This document shows positions 20,298 to 30,035 of a DNA stretch of 64,000 nucleotides, piece after piece. A program made the position numbers and the translations under genes. The notes beneath the pieces are model-generated. The model was not told the DNA's origin. It saw only the letters and a list, made by a program, of their open reading frames with translations, and did not search any database. Every line of letters begins with the position of its first letter. Position 1 is the first letter of the stretch. This stretch comes from an uncultured Candidatus Saccharibacteria bacterium (GTDB lineage Bacteria; Patescibacteriota; Minisyncoccia; UBA6257; 2-01-FULL-56-20), in assembly GCA_964387675.1 (NCBI GenBank), contig CAYLWL010000001.1:74819-138818 (forward strand), given 5' to 3'.

Positions 20298-21035
20298 ATG
20301 TTGTATCTCTACGACACGCTTCTCTATAATCCCCTTCTCAACGTCCTGATTTTCTTTTATAACACGATCGCGTTTGGAGATTTCGGTTTGGCGATAATAT
20401 TTTTCACAATTTTCGTGAGAATTATCCTCTTCCCGCTTTTCCAAAAGAGCGCCAGACATCAGATTGTGATGCAGCGGCTTCAGCCGGAATTGAAAAAAAT
20501 ACAAGAGAAGCATCGGAACAATCGTGAACACCAGGGCATAGAAATGATGGCGCTCTACAAAGAGAAGGGCATCAATCCGTTTTCCGGTTTTCTGTTTTTA
20601 CTGGTGCAGCTGCCGATTTTGATCGCGCTCTACCAAATTTTTTTAAACAGCCAAAGCAAAGATTTTTTGTCGGGACTGTACGGTTTTATGTTCCGCCCGG
20701 ACCACATCAACACATCGTTCGTGGGCTTGATTAATTTGGGGGGACAAAGTATTCTGATGGTGGGCCTTGCGGCTTTAGCCCAGTATTTCCAAGGGATTTT
20801 GACCCTCCCGAAGGCGGAAAAACACCGCGAGCCGACGCCGGCGGAGAAAATAAACCGCCAGATGATCATCGTGGCTCCGTTCATTACCCTTCTTATTTTT
20901 TACAATCTGCCGGCGGCCGTGAGTTTGTACTGGCTTATCGCGACCATTTTCTCCGCCGCTCAGCAGTTTATGATCAACAAACAAAACAAACGCGAACATG
21001 GACAACCCGGAATCATTCGTCAAAAAAATAATTGA
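20298..21035 (+). CDS. yidC: membrane protein insertase YidC (short form)
   Basis: RIILFPL, LQPELKKIQEK, INPFSG, LVQLPI, SLYW. Confidence 0.95.
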   Translation: MLYLYDTLLYNPLLNVLIFFYNTIAFGDFGLAIIFFTIFVRIILFPLFQKSARHQIVMQRLQPELKKIQEKHRNNREHQGIEMMALYKEKGINPFSGFLFLLVQLPILIALYQIFLNSQSKDFLSGLYGFMFRPDHINTSFVGLINLGGQSILMVGLAALAQYFQGILTLPKAEKHREPTPAEKINRQMIIVAPFITLLIFYNLPAAVSLYWLIATIFSAAQQFMINKQNKREHGQPGIIRQKNN

Positions 21036-21441
21036 ATATATGGGCTTCAAGGATTATCGCCTGGAAATTAAACCGGAGCAGAAGAGAGGAGCAGTTTTTA
21101 TTTATGACAACCCGACTTTGGTGAAAGAAAATTTGCCGACTCTTGTGGACAGCTTGAATCACGTCGTGCAAATGGCGGTGAGAAAAAACGGCGAACAGGC
21201 GATTCTTTTCGACATCAATAATTACCGGCAAGAAAGAGAAAGCTTAATTACCGAACTCGCGAGGGCGGCGGCGAAAAAGGTCTTAATGACCAAAGAGAAA
21301 ATTTCTCTCCCGGCGATGAACTCTTACGAAAGAAGGTTGGTCCACATCGAGCTTTCGGTGCACCCGGAAGTTACGACCGAAAGCGCGGGAATGGGCAGGG
21401 AGAGATGCGTGATCATAAGGCCAATCGAGAGTAATCGCTAA
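20998..21441 (+). CDS. Jag/KhpB-like R3H-domain protein (short)
   Basis: DINNYR and MNSYERRLVH (R3H); follows yidC. Confidence 0.9.
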   Translation: MDNPESFVKKIIEYMGFKDYRLEIKPEQKRGAVFIYDNPTLVKENLPTLVDSLNHVVQMAVRKNGEQAILFDINNYRQERESLITELARAAAKKVLMTKEKISLPAMNSYERRLVHIELSVHPEVTTESAGMGRERCVIIRPIESNR

Positions 21442-21500
21442 TCACGCGAATGGCGGCAAATAACGCTAATATGATTCGCGTTATTACCTAGCGATTAGCG

Positions 21501-22739
21501 TTATTCGTGATTACTCCCAAGCGACACAGCGTAGACCTTGCTGTCCAACCTATTGACAAAGAATAAGTTTTGGCCAAACACCTTCAGGTTTGAGGCGTCG
21601 AAAAGTTGGCTCTCGTCGTTGAAGATAGGCATTATATTTCCTTGAGAAAGATCAATTTTGTAGAGATCGTCGGCGGTGAAAAGCGCTTTCTTGGAATAGT
21701 CATCGGGCAAGCGGGCTTTCGAGAACGCGTTCGCATCGCGCGGTACGGCGCAGTAGAGAACATCCGAAGAACCGGAAGCATTCGGTGAACTTGAGCTCGC
21801 GGCATCCGAGGTTTGCGGCATGGTTTGTTCCCTTCCGAACGCACATTTACTTGGCAGGGTGGCAAGACGGAGCCGTTTCACGACATTGCCGAGGGCATCG
21901 ATCAAACTCAATATGCCGCCGTGCCCGCTTCGTGCCGCGGAAAAAACCAAGCCGACGTTGGTAGATGTCTCGTTCCAAAAGGATTGGAGTCCCAGACCCT
22001 CAGATACCAAAGTTAATTTGCCCGACGCAGTGTCATACATCCACATGGCGCCCGTCACGGCGGCGCTGCTTTTCTCGACAAGGAGAATGTGGCTTTGTCT
22101 TACCCAGTTCAAACTGACGTCTTGAACGCGAAGTTTCGCGAGCTCTTGCGGTTTTGTCGTGGTCTTTGAGACGTTAAGCACCAACAATGACTTGTAATCG
22201 GCGCCCTCTTTGAAATACGCTATCTGATGGCTCGTAGGAGACCAAACAGCGGATTCTGCGCCGAGCGGGAGCGGTTGCCAGGACTTGGAGGCCACGTCGA
22301 AGACGCTTGCTTGCGGCGCCGACGGGTCGCCGAAAGAGGCCAATACTTTTTTTCCGTCATAAGAAAACTCCGCGGAAATAAGCCCGGCGATAACCGACGA
22401 ACTCAAAACGACCGGTTCGCCTTTCGTGACTTTTACGACTTGGCCATCGGGCTGTACGATAATGACGTTGTTTTCTCGATCGACGAAGAAATCGGCCGCG
22501 GGGTTTTGGGCTACAAGACCGAATGTGCCGGAAGCGGATGGCAGACCGGCTTGTTGCGGAGTTTGGGAGCCGGTCGGGGAGGCGGGATTTTGTTGGATAT
22601 TCTGATTTTGGGCGCCGGGCAGGGTTCCGCTCGTTGTTCCCGACGGCGCCGCGCCGGGCCGGTAGCGCAAATAATATCCTACGAGAACCACAAGGACAAT
22701 CGCGGCGATGATGATGAATAAATAAAGGAAACGACTCAT
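21501..22739 (-). CDS. membrane-anchored hypothetical protein, beta-propeller-like
   Basis: N-terminal TM; FSYDGKKV and WSPTSHQIAY TolB-like repeats. Confidence 0.75.
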   Translation of the reverse strand: MSRFLYLFIIIAAIVLVVLVGYYLRYRPGAAPSGTTSGTLPGAQNQNIQQNPASPTGSQTPQQAGLPSASGTFGLVAQNPAADFFVDRENNVIIVQPDGQVVKVTKGEPVVLSSSVIAGLISAEFSYDGKKVLASFGDPSAPQASVFDVASKSWQPLPLGAESAVWSPTSHQIAYFKEGADYKSLLVLNVSKTTTKPQELAKLRVQDVSLNWVRQSHILLVEKSSAAVTGAMWMYDTASGKLTLVSEGLGLQSFWNETSTNVGLVFSAARSGHGGILSLIDALGNVVKRLRLATLPSKCAFGREQTMPQTSDAASSSSPNASGSSDVLYCAVPRDANAFSKARLPDDYSKKALFTADDLYKIDLSQGNIMPIFNDESQLFDASNLKVFGQNLFFVNRLDSKVYAVSLGSNHE

Positions 22740-22743
22740 GATT

Positions 22744-23124
22744 TTATCTCGCTGCCGGCGCGCCGGAAACGGGCGCGAGCGCCGGGAGCGACAGTTTAGT
22801 GATATCGGGGTTTATAATATTCAGTATAAAATACGCCCCGAAAAGAAGCAGTAAGCCGAAAATTGCCCCCTTGATCCATTCTTTGCCCTCGGTTTGCCCG
22901 GAAGGGTTTCCGGCGGCAGTCATATATTTTACGCCGCCGAAGACCATCGCTCCGAGCGCCAAGACCCCTGAAATCATCAGGGCGAAGTTGTAGAGTTGCG
23001 CTATGAACTCCGTGGGTTTCGGCTCTGCCGACAAGCCGGGGATGCCGACGCTTATGGTAACCGCTTGGGCCGTACCGGTTAAAGCGAGAAGTAAGAAGTA
23101 GGGAATAAGAAGTAGGAGCTTCAT
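22744..23124 (-). CDS. TrbC/VirB2-like pilin
   Basis: Signal peptide, two TMs, GGVKYMTAAGNP...GKEWI.GAIFGL pattern. Confidence 0.85.
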   Translation of the reverse strand: MKLLLLIPYFLLLALTGTAQAVTISVGIPGLSAEPKPTEFIAQLYNFALMISGVLALGAMVFGGVKYMTAAGNPSGQTEGKEWIKGAIFGLLLLFGAYFILNIINPDITKLSLPALAPVSGAPAAR

Positions 23125-23134
23125 GGCGTAGTGG

Positions 23135-23860
23135 TTATTTTACAAAAATAAGGTTTACTCCGGCGTTCGCAACTTCGGTAATACTCCCCGGAATCCCGGC
23201 CGTGAAGTTTACGTTGACCGGAGAGCCGGAGGGAGCGTCCGAATTAAGAGTCACCGTCAAGGACTCCGGACTCTCGAGATTTTGCGAAGATTGCCCGTTT
23301 ACAGACCAAGAAAAATTTAGTTGAGACGACTTTCCCACGTTGAAGAAGAACGGCCATCCTTTGAATCCGATTGAAGTCGAAGAAAATCTGCCGCGAGGGA
23401 ACGGCGACTCGATGACCGCTTCGGGAACCACGACCGGAATCTCGATTGTTTTTAAGACGGGATTTGCTTGATCCGATCCGTACGATGGCAGTTCCACCCG
23501 GAGATCAATGGTGTTTTGCGCGACGCTTGGAGCGTTGAAACTGATTTTTCGCAGACCTACACCCCCCGCGGTAAATTCGCTGTTTACGTACCAATACACT
23601 TGTTGGCCGGAGAGGTCGACGCGAGTTCCGTTGTCAATAAGCTCAACCGAAGCCGTGATGGGAGAATTGGCCGTGGGGAGCGCTTTTCCCGTAAACCAAG
23701 AAGGAACGTACGTATTTGTTTTCCAGGTAATCATAAGCCGTGGCCCTTCGACGCGGCTCAGGACAAGCCCGGATTGTTGAGCTCGCGCCGGCGCGAGAAA
23801 AATAAACAGGGCGGCCGTCACGGTAAGCGTTGTGAGTATAACTTTTTTGCGGTGCTTCAT
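23135..23860 (-). CDS. secreted Ig-like hypothetical protein
   Basis: Signal peptide and beta-rich body; within the T4SS-like cluster. Confidence 0.75.
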   Translation of the reverse strand: MKHRKKVILTTLTVTAALFIFLAPARAQQSGLVLSRVEGPRLMITWKTNTYVPSWFTGKALPTANSPITASVELIDNGTRVDLSGQQVYWYVNSEFTAGGVGLRKISFNAPSVAQNTIDLRVELPSYGSDQANPVLKTIEIPVVVPEAVIESPFPRGRFSSTSIGFKGWPFFFNVGKSSQLNFSWSVNGQSSQNLESPESLTVTLNSDAPSGSPVNVNFTAGIPGSITEVANAGVNLIFVK

Positions 23861-23891
23861 ACTTTCGGCAGACTTCCTACTCCTCTTATTA

Positions 23892-24644
23892 TTATATCAC
23901 TTCGGGAGATTTTTCTTCGCCTTCTTCCTCTTCTTCGCTTTCCGGCTTTTCTTCCTCCCGGGGCGTTTCTTCGAAAAGTTTTTGAAGCTTTTCAAGAGGC
24001 GTGAGCTCTTCGCCGAGGGCCTCTTTGGATACCTCAGGTTTCTTGGCTTCTTTTTCGGCTTCGGGGACTTCGGATGGCTTTCGTTCCGGTGCATATTCGG
24101 TCGGTTCCGTGATTTCTCGCGGGGCAGTTTCTACAGCGGTTTTCCCGGCAGTAGCCCCGGCTTCGGCGACTTCCGTTTCGGCTCTGGCCGCTCCGGCCTT
24201 GACCCCCGTTGCCGTTTTTTCTCCCGCGGTAATTTCTCCAGTCGCCGATTCCACGGACGCCGCTTCTTCGCCAAGGGCTTTTTCGGCTCCTCCAACCTTG
24301 CCGGTTGCGAGCGCCGCAACGGCGGCGGCCTTGGGATGATTGACAAGCCATATTCCCAAAAGAACACCAATCGTTCTTCCGGGGATTCCTACAAACGAAG
24401 CAATCCCTGATATTGTTTGCACAAGAGCCGGCCCGCCAAAGACCCCTAGTTTTATGACGTACCAGAACATAAGGAGTGCCCAGACAAATCCGTCAACAAG
24501 CCACGCGAAGCCGTACAGTATTTCACCGATAACGGGGATGGCGAGACCAATGTCGGCAATGATCGTAAGCGCGTCGTTCGCGAGCGCGATCATAATCATC
24601 AGGACTATTTCTACCGTATTAAATTTCTTTCCTCCCTCCTCCAT
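23892..24644 (-). CDS. membrane protein with acidic low-complexity tail
   Basis: Hydrophobic N-terminal half and E/A-rich tail; co-oriented in the cluster. Confidence 0.75.
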   Translation of the reverse strand: MEEGGKKFNTVEIVLMIMIALANDALTIIADIGLAIPVIGEILYGFAWLVDGFVWALLMFWYVIKLGVFGGPALVQTISGIASFVGIPGRTIGVLLGIWLVNHPKAAAVAALATGKVGGAEKALGEEAASVESATGEITAGEKTATGVKAGAARAETEVAEAGATAGKTAVETAPREITEPTEYAPERKPSEVPEAEKEAKKPEVSKEALGEELTPLEKLQKLFEETPREEEKPESEEEEEGEEKSPEVI

Positions 24645-24662
24645 TTTTTATTTCCTCAAGCC

Positions 24663-26402
24663 TTACCCGCTCTCCTCGAGTAGTTGCTGGGGATTCGTGG
24701 TAATCACTTTATCCTCGAAAAAAGAAGATACGATCTGGATCGCCACGTGTTTCTTGCCCGCGAAAAAGAGTCCGGTTCCGACCTCCGACCCCAGGAGAAA
24801 GTTTTTTTCGGCGTTCGTGAGGTCGAACGCTTTCGCCACGACATCAATCGTCGCCGGCGCCTGTTTCAATAAGAGCTGGAGCGAGGAATTGGTGATAATG
24901 GGCCGGCCGTAGGGAGAGCGCAAGAAGTCCTCAACGTCCTGGGTGATGGTCGAAACGCCGAGATAATACTTTCTCGCTCTTTTCACGAGGCCGAACAGGA
25001 ACGTGGCGCTGTCTTCGTTTTTCATCATCCACCACGCCTCGTCGATGATCAAAAGACGCCGTTTGAGTTCGGCTCGAATCAGGTTCCAGATAAAGTTCAA
25101 AATCACAAACATCGCGATCGGCCGCAGTTCTTCTTCAAGGTCGCGGATCGAGAAAATGATCAATCGGTTCGTGATGTCGATATTCGTTCTTTGGTTCAAA
25201 AATCCCGAAAAGCTCCCTTTCGTGAATTTATAGAGCCGTTCGGCCATCGTCCTCCCTCCTTCGATACTTCGCAGCACGGTTTCCAGGTCTTCGAGGAGCG
25301 GCGGCTCGGCTTGCGAAAAATCCTGATCGGCTACGATTTCTCTCGAAGCGTACGTTTCCGTGATCGCCCTGTCGAGGAGCGCGTCTTCTTCGGCCGTGAC
25401 TTTGCCTAACATTAACTTCACCAAACTCGCGAGGTTTACGATGTGCGAGCGGAGGACGTCCGATGGCGATTCGTCTTTCGGCACGATGGGAATGTCGAAC
25501 GGATTGATGTGCTCGTGGGACGAGAGAGAAATGTTGAAAACGCTTCCGCCCAGGGCCTCCGCCAGCTTGCGGTATTCGTTTTCCGGATCGATGACGATTA
25601 CGTTTTCCACGCCGATCATGAGCGATCGCATGATTTCGAGTTTGGTGGCATAGGACTTTCCCGATCCCGATTTCGCGAAGACGACTTGATTCGCGTTTTC
25701 CAGAGAAAACCGGTTGAATATGACCAAACTGTTGTTGTGAAGGTTCACGCCATAGAGAATTCCTTCATTCGACGAAAGGTCTTCGGATACGAAAGGAAAA
25801 AGGGAAGATATAGGTTGTGAATTCATAGGATTCCACACTTGGAGCTGGTCGTCGCCCAAAGGAAGGATCGAGCAAAACCCCTCCAATTGTTCGAAAAGCG
25901 CCGGCCTCGCGTAAATCAACTTTGATTCCGTGATTGATGTTAGTTTTCCTTCGAGGCGGGATAACTCCTCTTCGCTATCCGCGTAAATCGTGATATACAC
26001 GCCGAGGTTGAACAGTTTTTCTTCCGATTGCTGGAGCGTGTCGCGCAGTGTCTCCACGTCGCGGAGCGCCGTCTCGAGCATGGGATCTCTTACGAGTCCT
26101 TTATCCTGATTTTCCATAATTTGGGATTCCAGCTGGGCGGACTTTTTGCGCAGGTTCTTGAGAGCGGTGCCGGTGTCCACGGGATTCACGAAAATCGATA
26201 CGTCGAAAAGGTTGGGCAGATTGATCAGCTGTTCGGCCCATCCCGTCGAGAGGTAGCGGGGGTACGAGAACAAAAAGAAACTCTTGGCGAGTTTATCGCC
26301 GATTTTGAGATGAGAGGGGAGTACTTGGATTCCTGACGGAGCGATAATTTTTACTATCCCTTCGAAGCCGTTTTCTTTTTTTTCTTTTTCCTGCTCGGCC
26401 AT
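24663..26402 (-). CDS. VirB4-like ATPase
   Basis: AKSGSGKS Walker A, VIDPENEY, IIDEAW, KRARKY, ITQDVED. Confidence 0.93.
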   Translation of the reverse strand: MAEQEKEKKENGFEGIVKIIAPSGIQVLPSHLKIGDKLAKSFFLFSYPRYLSTGWAEQLINLPNLFDVSIFVNPVDTGTALKNLRKKSAQLESQIMENQDKGLVRDPMLETALRDVETLRDTLQQSEEKLFNLGVYITIYADSEEELSRLEGKLTSITESKLIYARPALFEQLEGFCSILPLGDDQLQVWNPMNSQPISSLFPFVSEDLSSNEGILYGVNLHNNSLVIFNRFSLENANQVVFAKSGSGKSYATKLEIMRSLMIGVENVIVIDPENEYRKLAEALGGSVFNISLSSHEHINPFDIPIVPKDESPSDVLRSHIVNLASLVKLMLGKVTAEEDALLDRAITETYASREIVADQDFSQAEPPLLEDLETVLRSIEGGRTMAERLYKFTKGSFSGFLNQRTNIDITNRLIIFSIRDLEEELRPIAMFVILNFIWNLIRAELKRRLLIIDEAWWMMKNEDSATFLFGLVKRARKYYLGVSTITQDVEDFLRSPYGRPIITNSSLQLLLKQAPATIDVVAKAFDLTNAEKNFLLGSEVGTGLFFAGKKHVAIQIVSSFFEDKVITTNPQQLLEESG

Positions 26403-26451
26403 TTTAATTTTTTAGCTTTTAGCTTTTAGGTGTTAGCTTTTAGCACTAAAA

Positions 26452-27114
26452 CTAGCGTTCCGGCAAAACAACTTTTTCTTTTTCGACCGTTCCCGGGTTG
26501 TAAAAGTTATAAAAAAGCTCGATCAGCTGTTCGTCGTTCAAGACGGTCGCTTCGAGGCCGATGACCAGAAGATTCTCCATCACCTGCCGCACCCGCTGTT
26601 TCAACTGCTCCAGGTTTTCTTCGAACGTGGCTTGCGTTTCTTTCTTCGCGCGCTCTTCCGCCGCCTTATTCTTTTTCTTCAAAAAAGGCAGGAGGCCTTC
26701 TATGCCGGTCGCGCTCGCGAGGACATTCGGAAAGAAAGGCACCACCAAAAAAAAGGATTTTTCCATAATGGGATTCTTCTCGATGAAGCCGGAAACGAAT
26801 TCGCGGTACTCTTCGGCCTGGTTCTGCAAAATAGGAGAGGTTTCTCTTTGCTGGAATTCTCGGAGCCCTTCCAGGTATTTGTCGATGTTGATCTTCCTCG
26901 AGTGGATGAGTATTTGCAGGGGGAAATCCAAGCTATTCAGAAGGTTCTGATACGCTTGCAGAACAATGTTTTGCTCCGTTTCCGATTTGAGGGCGAAATT
27001 AATGCCGCCCACCATGACTACTTGGCGCAAACTGCCATTTTTGAGGATAACCGTGCTGTCTTTGATATCCTTGATGGCGACGAGATCTTGGCTGTTGGCA
27101 AATTCTTTGGGCAT
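26452..27114 (-). CDS. VirB4-N/TraC-like accessory protein
   Basis: INFALKS..EQ, LNSLDFPLQI, LIELFYNFYNP. Confidence 0.8.
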   Translation of the reverse strand: MPKEFANSQDLVAIKDIKDSTVILKNGSLRQVVMVGGINFALKSETEQNIVLQAYQNLLNSLDFPLQILIHSRKINIDKYLEGLREFQQRETSPILQNQAEEYREFVSGFIEKNPIMEKSFFLVVPFFPNVLASATGIEGLLPFLKKKNKAAEERAKKETQATFEENLEQLKQRVRQVMENLLVIGLEATVLNDEQLIELFYNFYNPGTVEKEKVVLPER

Positions 27115-27159
27115 GTAAATAGCTTTTAGCTTTTAGGTGTGAGCTTTTAGTCCTTATAA

Positions 27160-27531
27160 TTATAACCCACCTTTAAGCTTCGTGCTTAGTTTTGTTATCA
27201 TGACGCTAAGCATTTTTTGAACTTCCTCTAAAAGAGAAACAACAGAGACGAAATCTAGGGTTGGATATAGTTTTTGAGAAATAATTACTTGGGTTTCCAA
27301 TTCCGCCGAAGACGCGTCTGCGATTCTTAGGAATTGTAAGTATTCCGGAAGGTCTTTTCTTCTCGATCCTTCGGCTATGTTTGACGGAATTGAAATTGCC
27401 GATCGTCTCATTTGAGAAATAAGGCCATATAATTCTTCTCGGGGGAATTGTTTGGTTAATTCGTATATTTTTTCAACCAAGCCAATCGATTTTTTCCAGA
27501 CTTCTAGGTCTTTGTACGATTTTATATACAT
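27160..27531 (-). CDS. four helix bundle protein (23S rRNA IVP-like family)
   Basis: SYKDLEVW, FPREELYGLISQMRRSAISIPSNIAEG, ELETQ. Confidence 0.93.
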   Translation of the reverse strand: MYIKSYKDLEVWKKSIGLVEKIYELTKQFPREELYGLISQMRRSAISIPSNIAEGSRRKDLPEYLQFLRIADASSAELETQVIISQKLYPTLDFVSVVSLLEEVQKMLSVMITKLSTKLKGGL

Positions 27532-27614
27532 TAAAAGCAGCTTTCAGCTGTTAGATGTTAGCTTTTAGTTTTTGTAATCGTACCTAAAAGCTAAAAGCTA
27601 AAACCTAAAAGCTT

Positions 27615-28109
27615 TTATCGGTAGTCCACTCTCCGAGCCGCCTGCCGCTCCCCCGTCATTTTTTGGAATATCTGAAATCGCTGCCGTTGGGGTTTTTCTA
27701 TAAACTGCTCGCCGGATATCTTTGTTCCGGTTTGGAGTTTGGCCCACGCGTTGCGAAGCGCAAGTCCGGAGACCACGGATTCGAGAGACACCCCGCCGTT
27801 TTTCGCCTCTTCCGGTTTTTGCGCAGGCGCCGTTTCGGGCCGCCACACGTACGTCTGCGGTTGCCAATAGAACCTGATTGCCGAGAGGGCGGCGTGGCTC
27901 AGCGGCCTTCCTCCCACCTTCACGAGCGCGAGGGCGACCGCCGCGCCAAGAATAAAAACGGAGAGTAGCGCCCAGAGCCAGGGTTGAACCGTAAAATACA
28001 AAAGAAAACTGAACGCGCCGCCCGTTGCGACGTAAATAAACTGACGCATCGTGAACGGCCCGACGATTTTGTCTTCGGCCTCGATAAATTGTGGAACTTG
28101 GAATTGCAT
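27615..28109 (-). CDS. PrgI family protein
   Basis: MQFQVPQFIEAEDKIVGPFT.RQF plus two TMs. Confidence 0.9.
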   Translation of the reverse strand: MQFQVPQFIEAEDKIVGPFTMRQFIYVATGGAFSFLLYFTVQPWLWALLSVFILGAAVALALVKVGGRPLSHAALSAIRFYWQPQTYVWRPETAPAQKPEEAKNGGVSLESVVSGLALRNAWAKLQTGTKISGEQFIEKPQRQRFQIFQKMTGERQAARRVDYR

Positions 28110-28164
28110 TTATGAGATACCAATATACGAATGCATACAAGTGATACTAATAATACTAATCGTA

Positions 28165-28563
28165 TTAATGCCCTTTTCCGACTCTTTTTACCGAGTGGAG
28201 GCGAAACCAAGCAGATATTGATTCTAGATCAAGTTTTTTGTGCACCACTTCAAGCGCGAAACTTTCTACTTTTCCCTCCTCCGCCTCAAACGTGTAACCA
28301 TTGTCATCAAGAAACACTATTGCCGCTGTTATGCCAGTCCTTTTATTTCCGTCAAAAAATGGATGACCCAGAATGATATTGCGCGCATAAACAGCCGCTT
28401 TTTCGAAAATAGTAGGGTATAATTCCGTGCCAAATGCTTTCTGCCCGGGAAGAAACTCCAGACTTAGAATTGTGTTTGTATCTCGTACGCCGTGCAGGCC
28501 GCCGGTTTCGTCAAGAACAAGTGAGTGAATCTGAAGAATATCTTTCGCAGATAAATATTCCAC
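28165..28563 (-). CDS. Doc/Fic family toxin
   Basis: HPFFDGNKRTG Fic motif; GTG start. Confidence 0.93.
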   Translation of the reverse strand: MEYLSAKDILQIHSLVLDETGGLHGVRDTNTILSLEFLPGQKAFGTELYPTIFEKAAVYARNIILGHPFFDGNKRTGITAAIVFLDDNGYTFEAEEGKVESFALEVVHKKLDLESISAWFRLHSVKRVGKGH

Positions 28564-28565
28564 GG

Positions 28566-28805
28566 CTATTTTTTCGCGAGCGCTTGGAGATCTTTCCGAT
28601 ATCGATCAACGAAATTGAGCGTGAGGTATGCAATCCTTTCCTGGCGTTCTGCTATTTTATTGGATGGTCGAACGGAAAAAACACGCCGTTTTCGGTTAAC
28701 TTCTACTATTACCGAATCTCCGATATTAAGGCCGAGTTCTGCCAATGACTTTTTCGAGATGGTGACCGCGGCGGAAGAGCCGACCTTGAGGACTTTTTGA
28801 GTCAT
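28566..28805 (-). CDS. AbrB/MazE-like antitoxin
   Basis: KVLKVGSSAAVTISK..L..LGLNIGDSV; lies upstream of doc. Confidence 0.9.
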   Translation of the reverse strand: MTQKVLKVGSSAAVTISKKSLAELGLNIGDSVIVEVNRKRRVFSVRPSNKIAERQERIAYLTLNFVDRYRKDLQALAKK

Positions 28806-28812
28806 ATTCTTG

Positions 28813-28831
28813 ATTATAATACTATTATAAT
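28813..28831. promoter_or_regulatory. palindromic operator / -10 box of the TA operon
   Basis: ATTATAATA-C-TATTATAAT palindrome, with TATAAT 7 nt before the antitoxin ATG. Confidence 0.55.
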
Positions 28832-28853
28832 ACGTGGCCGTGTGTCAACCTCA

Positions 28854-30035
28854 TCAAGGTTGTACTGGCGGCGTTGGCGGTTTCGGGGGAAGTGGCGGTT
28901 TTGGTAGTATAGGTGGTTTAATCTCGCTGATTATCGGCGAGAGTGTTTTATGCTCATCAAGACCTCGAATGGCAGGTGCCGCTGGTGGTTTCGGGATGGT
29001 CGGAGACGTAAGCGGTTTCGGAACCGGAGGCAGAGAGGATGGCGTTTTGACTTCGCTTGTTGGGAGCTTGTCTTGGGCGGTTTCGAGGGGCTTGTTCGCC
29101 TGGGGTGTGGCTGGTCTGATTGCGGCGAGCTGTTTGAGAATATCGGATCCGCCAAGGGACGGCTTCGACGACTCAATAGCCGTGATTTCTTTTATTTCGC
29201 GCCCTGGCTTGCCCTCTGTAGCCTTAGCGAAGGAGGGGGCCGCGCCGGAAGGTTTATCCTGAGCCGCGCCGAAGGGCGTTTTGGACTCCGTGTAGTGCAC
29301 CACCCGCACCTGCTCCTTGTTACTTGTCACTTGTTGCCTGTTACTCGTCGAGGGTCCGAATTCAAGCACGGCCGGTTTCGTTGCTTCGGTTTTAAGTTTT
29401 ATTTCCGACAGTTTCGGCTGTGGCATTTCCAGTCGGAATTCTTTTTTGAGAGGAGCGGAAACCGGTTCTTCGTGAAGAATCATCGGCGGCGGTGTGCCGG
29501 GGCTTGGGACCGCCGGTTTGCCGGGCGGTACCGGAGAAATTGACGGAGTTAGTGGAGCGGGGGGCTTCTCGGCGCGGTTTATCACAGGCGGCATCGAAGG
29601 GCTTGGCGCAAACGGTTCGGCGGTTTTCGCCGCCGGAAGAAGCGGCGGTTTTATTTCCGTGACTGGTTTTAGCGGTTCGGTTTTACTTATCATAACGGGA
29701 GCGAAGGCGGACGGCGGCTCGTATATTTTTTCCAAGTCAGCCAAGAGCGGCTTAAAAACTCTTTCGTTTACGGCGTTGGCGATGGATGTCGCGATTTGAA
29801 TGTCCAAGCCGAGCGCGTCTTTTAATTCTTGCGCGAAGTCTCCCGCGTGGATAAAGCCCAAGAGCACATAGCCGGCAATTGCCGCGACGCGATAAATCTT
29901 TTCTTTTGGTACGTGCTCCGCTTCGCAGGTTCGCCAGAGGAAATCAGAATGTACGTCGGAATAGAGAGCCTCCTTTAATTTACTTGGTAGCGTGTCCCAC
30001 CGCGCCAACGCTTGATCTGGAGAAATCGTTATCAT
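28854..30035 (-). CDS. hypothetical protein with long Pro-rich tail
   Basis: Globular N-terminal ~105 aa followed by Pro-rich low-complexity sequence. Confidence 0.8.
   Translation of the reverse strand: MITISPDQALARWDTLPSKLKEALYSDVHSDFLWRTCEAEHVPKEKIYRVAAIAGYVLLGFIHAGDFAQELKDALGLDIQIATSIANAVNERVFKPLLADLEKIYEPPSAFAPVMISKTEPLKPVTEIKPPLLPAAKTAEPFAPSPSMPPVINRAEKPPAPLTPSISPVPPGKPAVPSPGTPPPMILHEEPVSAPLKKEFRLEMPQPKLSEIKLKTEATKPAVLEFGPSTSNRQQVTSNKEQVRVVHYTESKTPFGAAQDKPSGAAPSFAKATEGKPGREIKEITAIESSKPSLGGSDILKQLAAIRPATPQANKPLETAQDKLPTSEVKTPSSLPPVPKPLTSPTIPKPPAAPAIRGLDEHKTLSPIISEIKPPILPKPPLPPKPPTPPVQP

Noticed and set aside
27160-27531. Diversity-generating retroelement suggested by the Avd-like fold
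   Set aside because: No reverse transcriptase or TR/VR pair is visible in the window.
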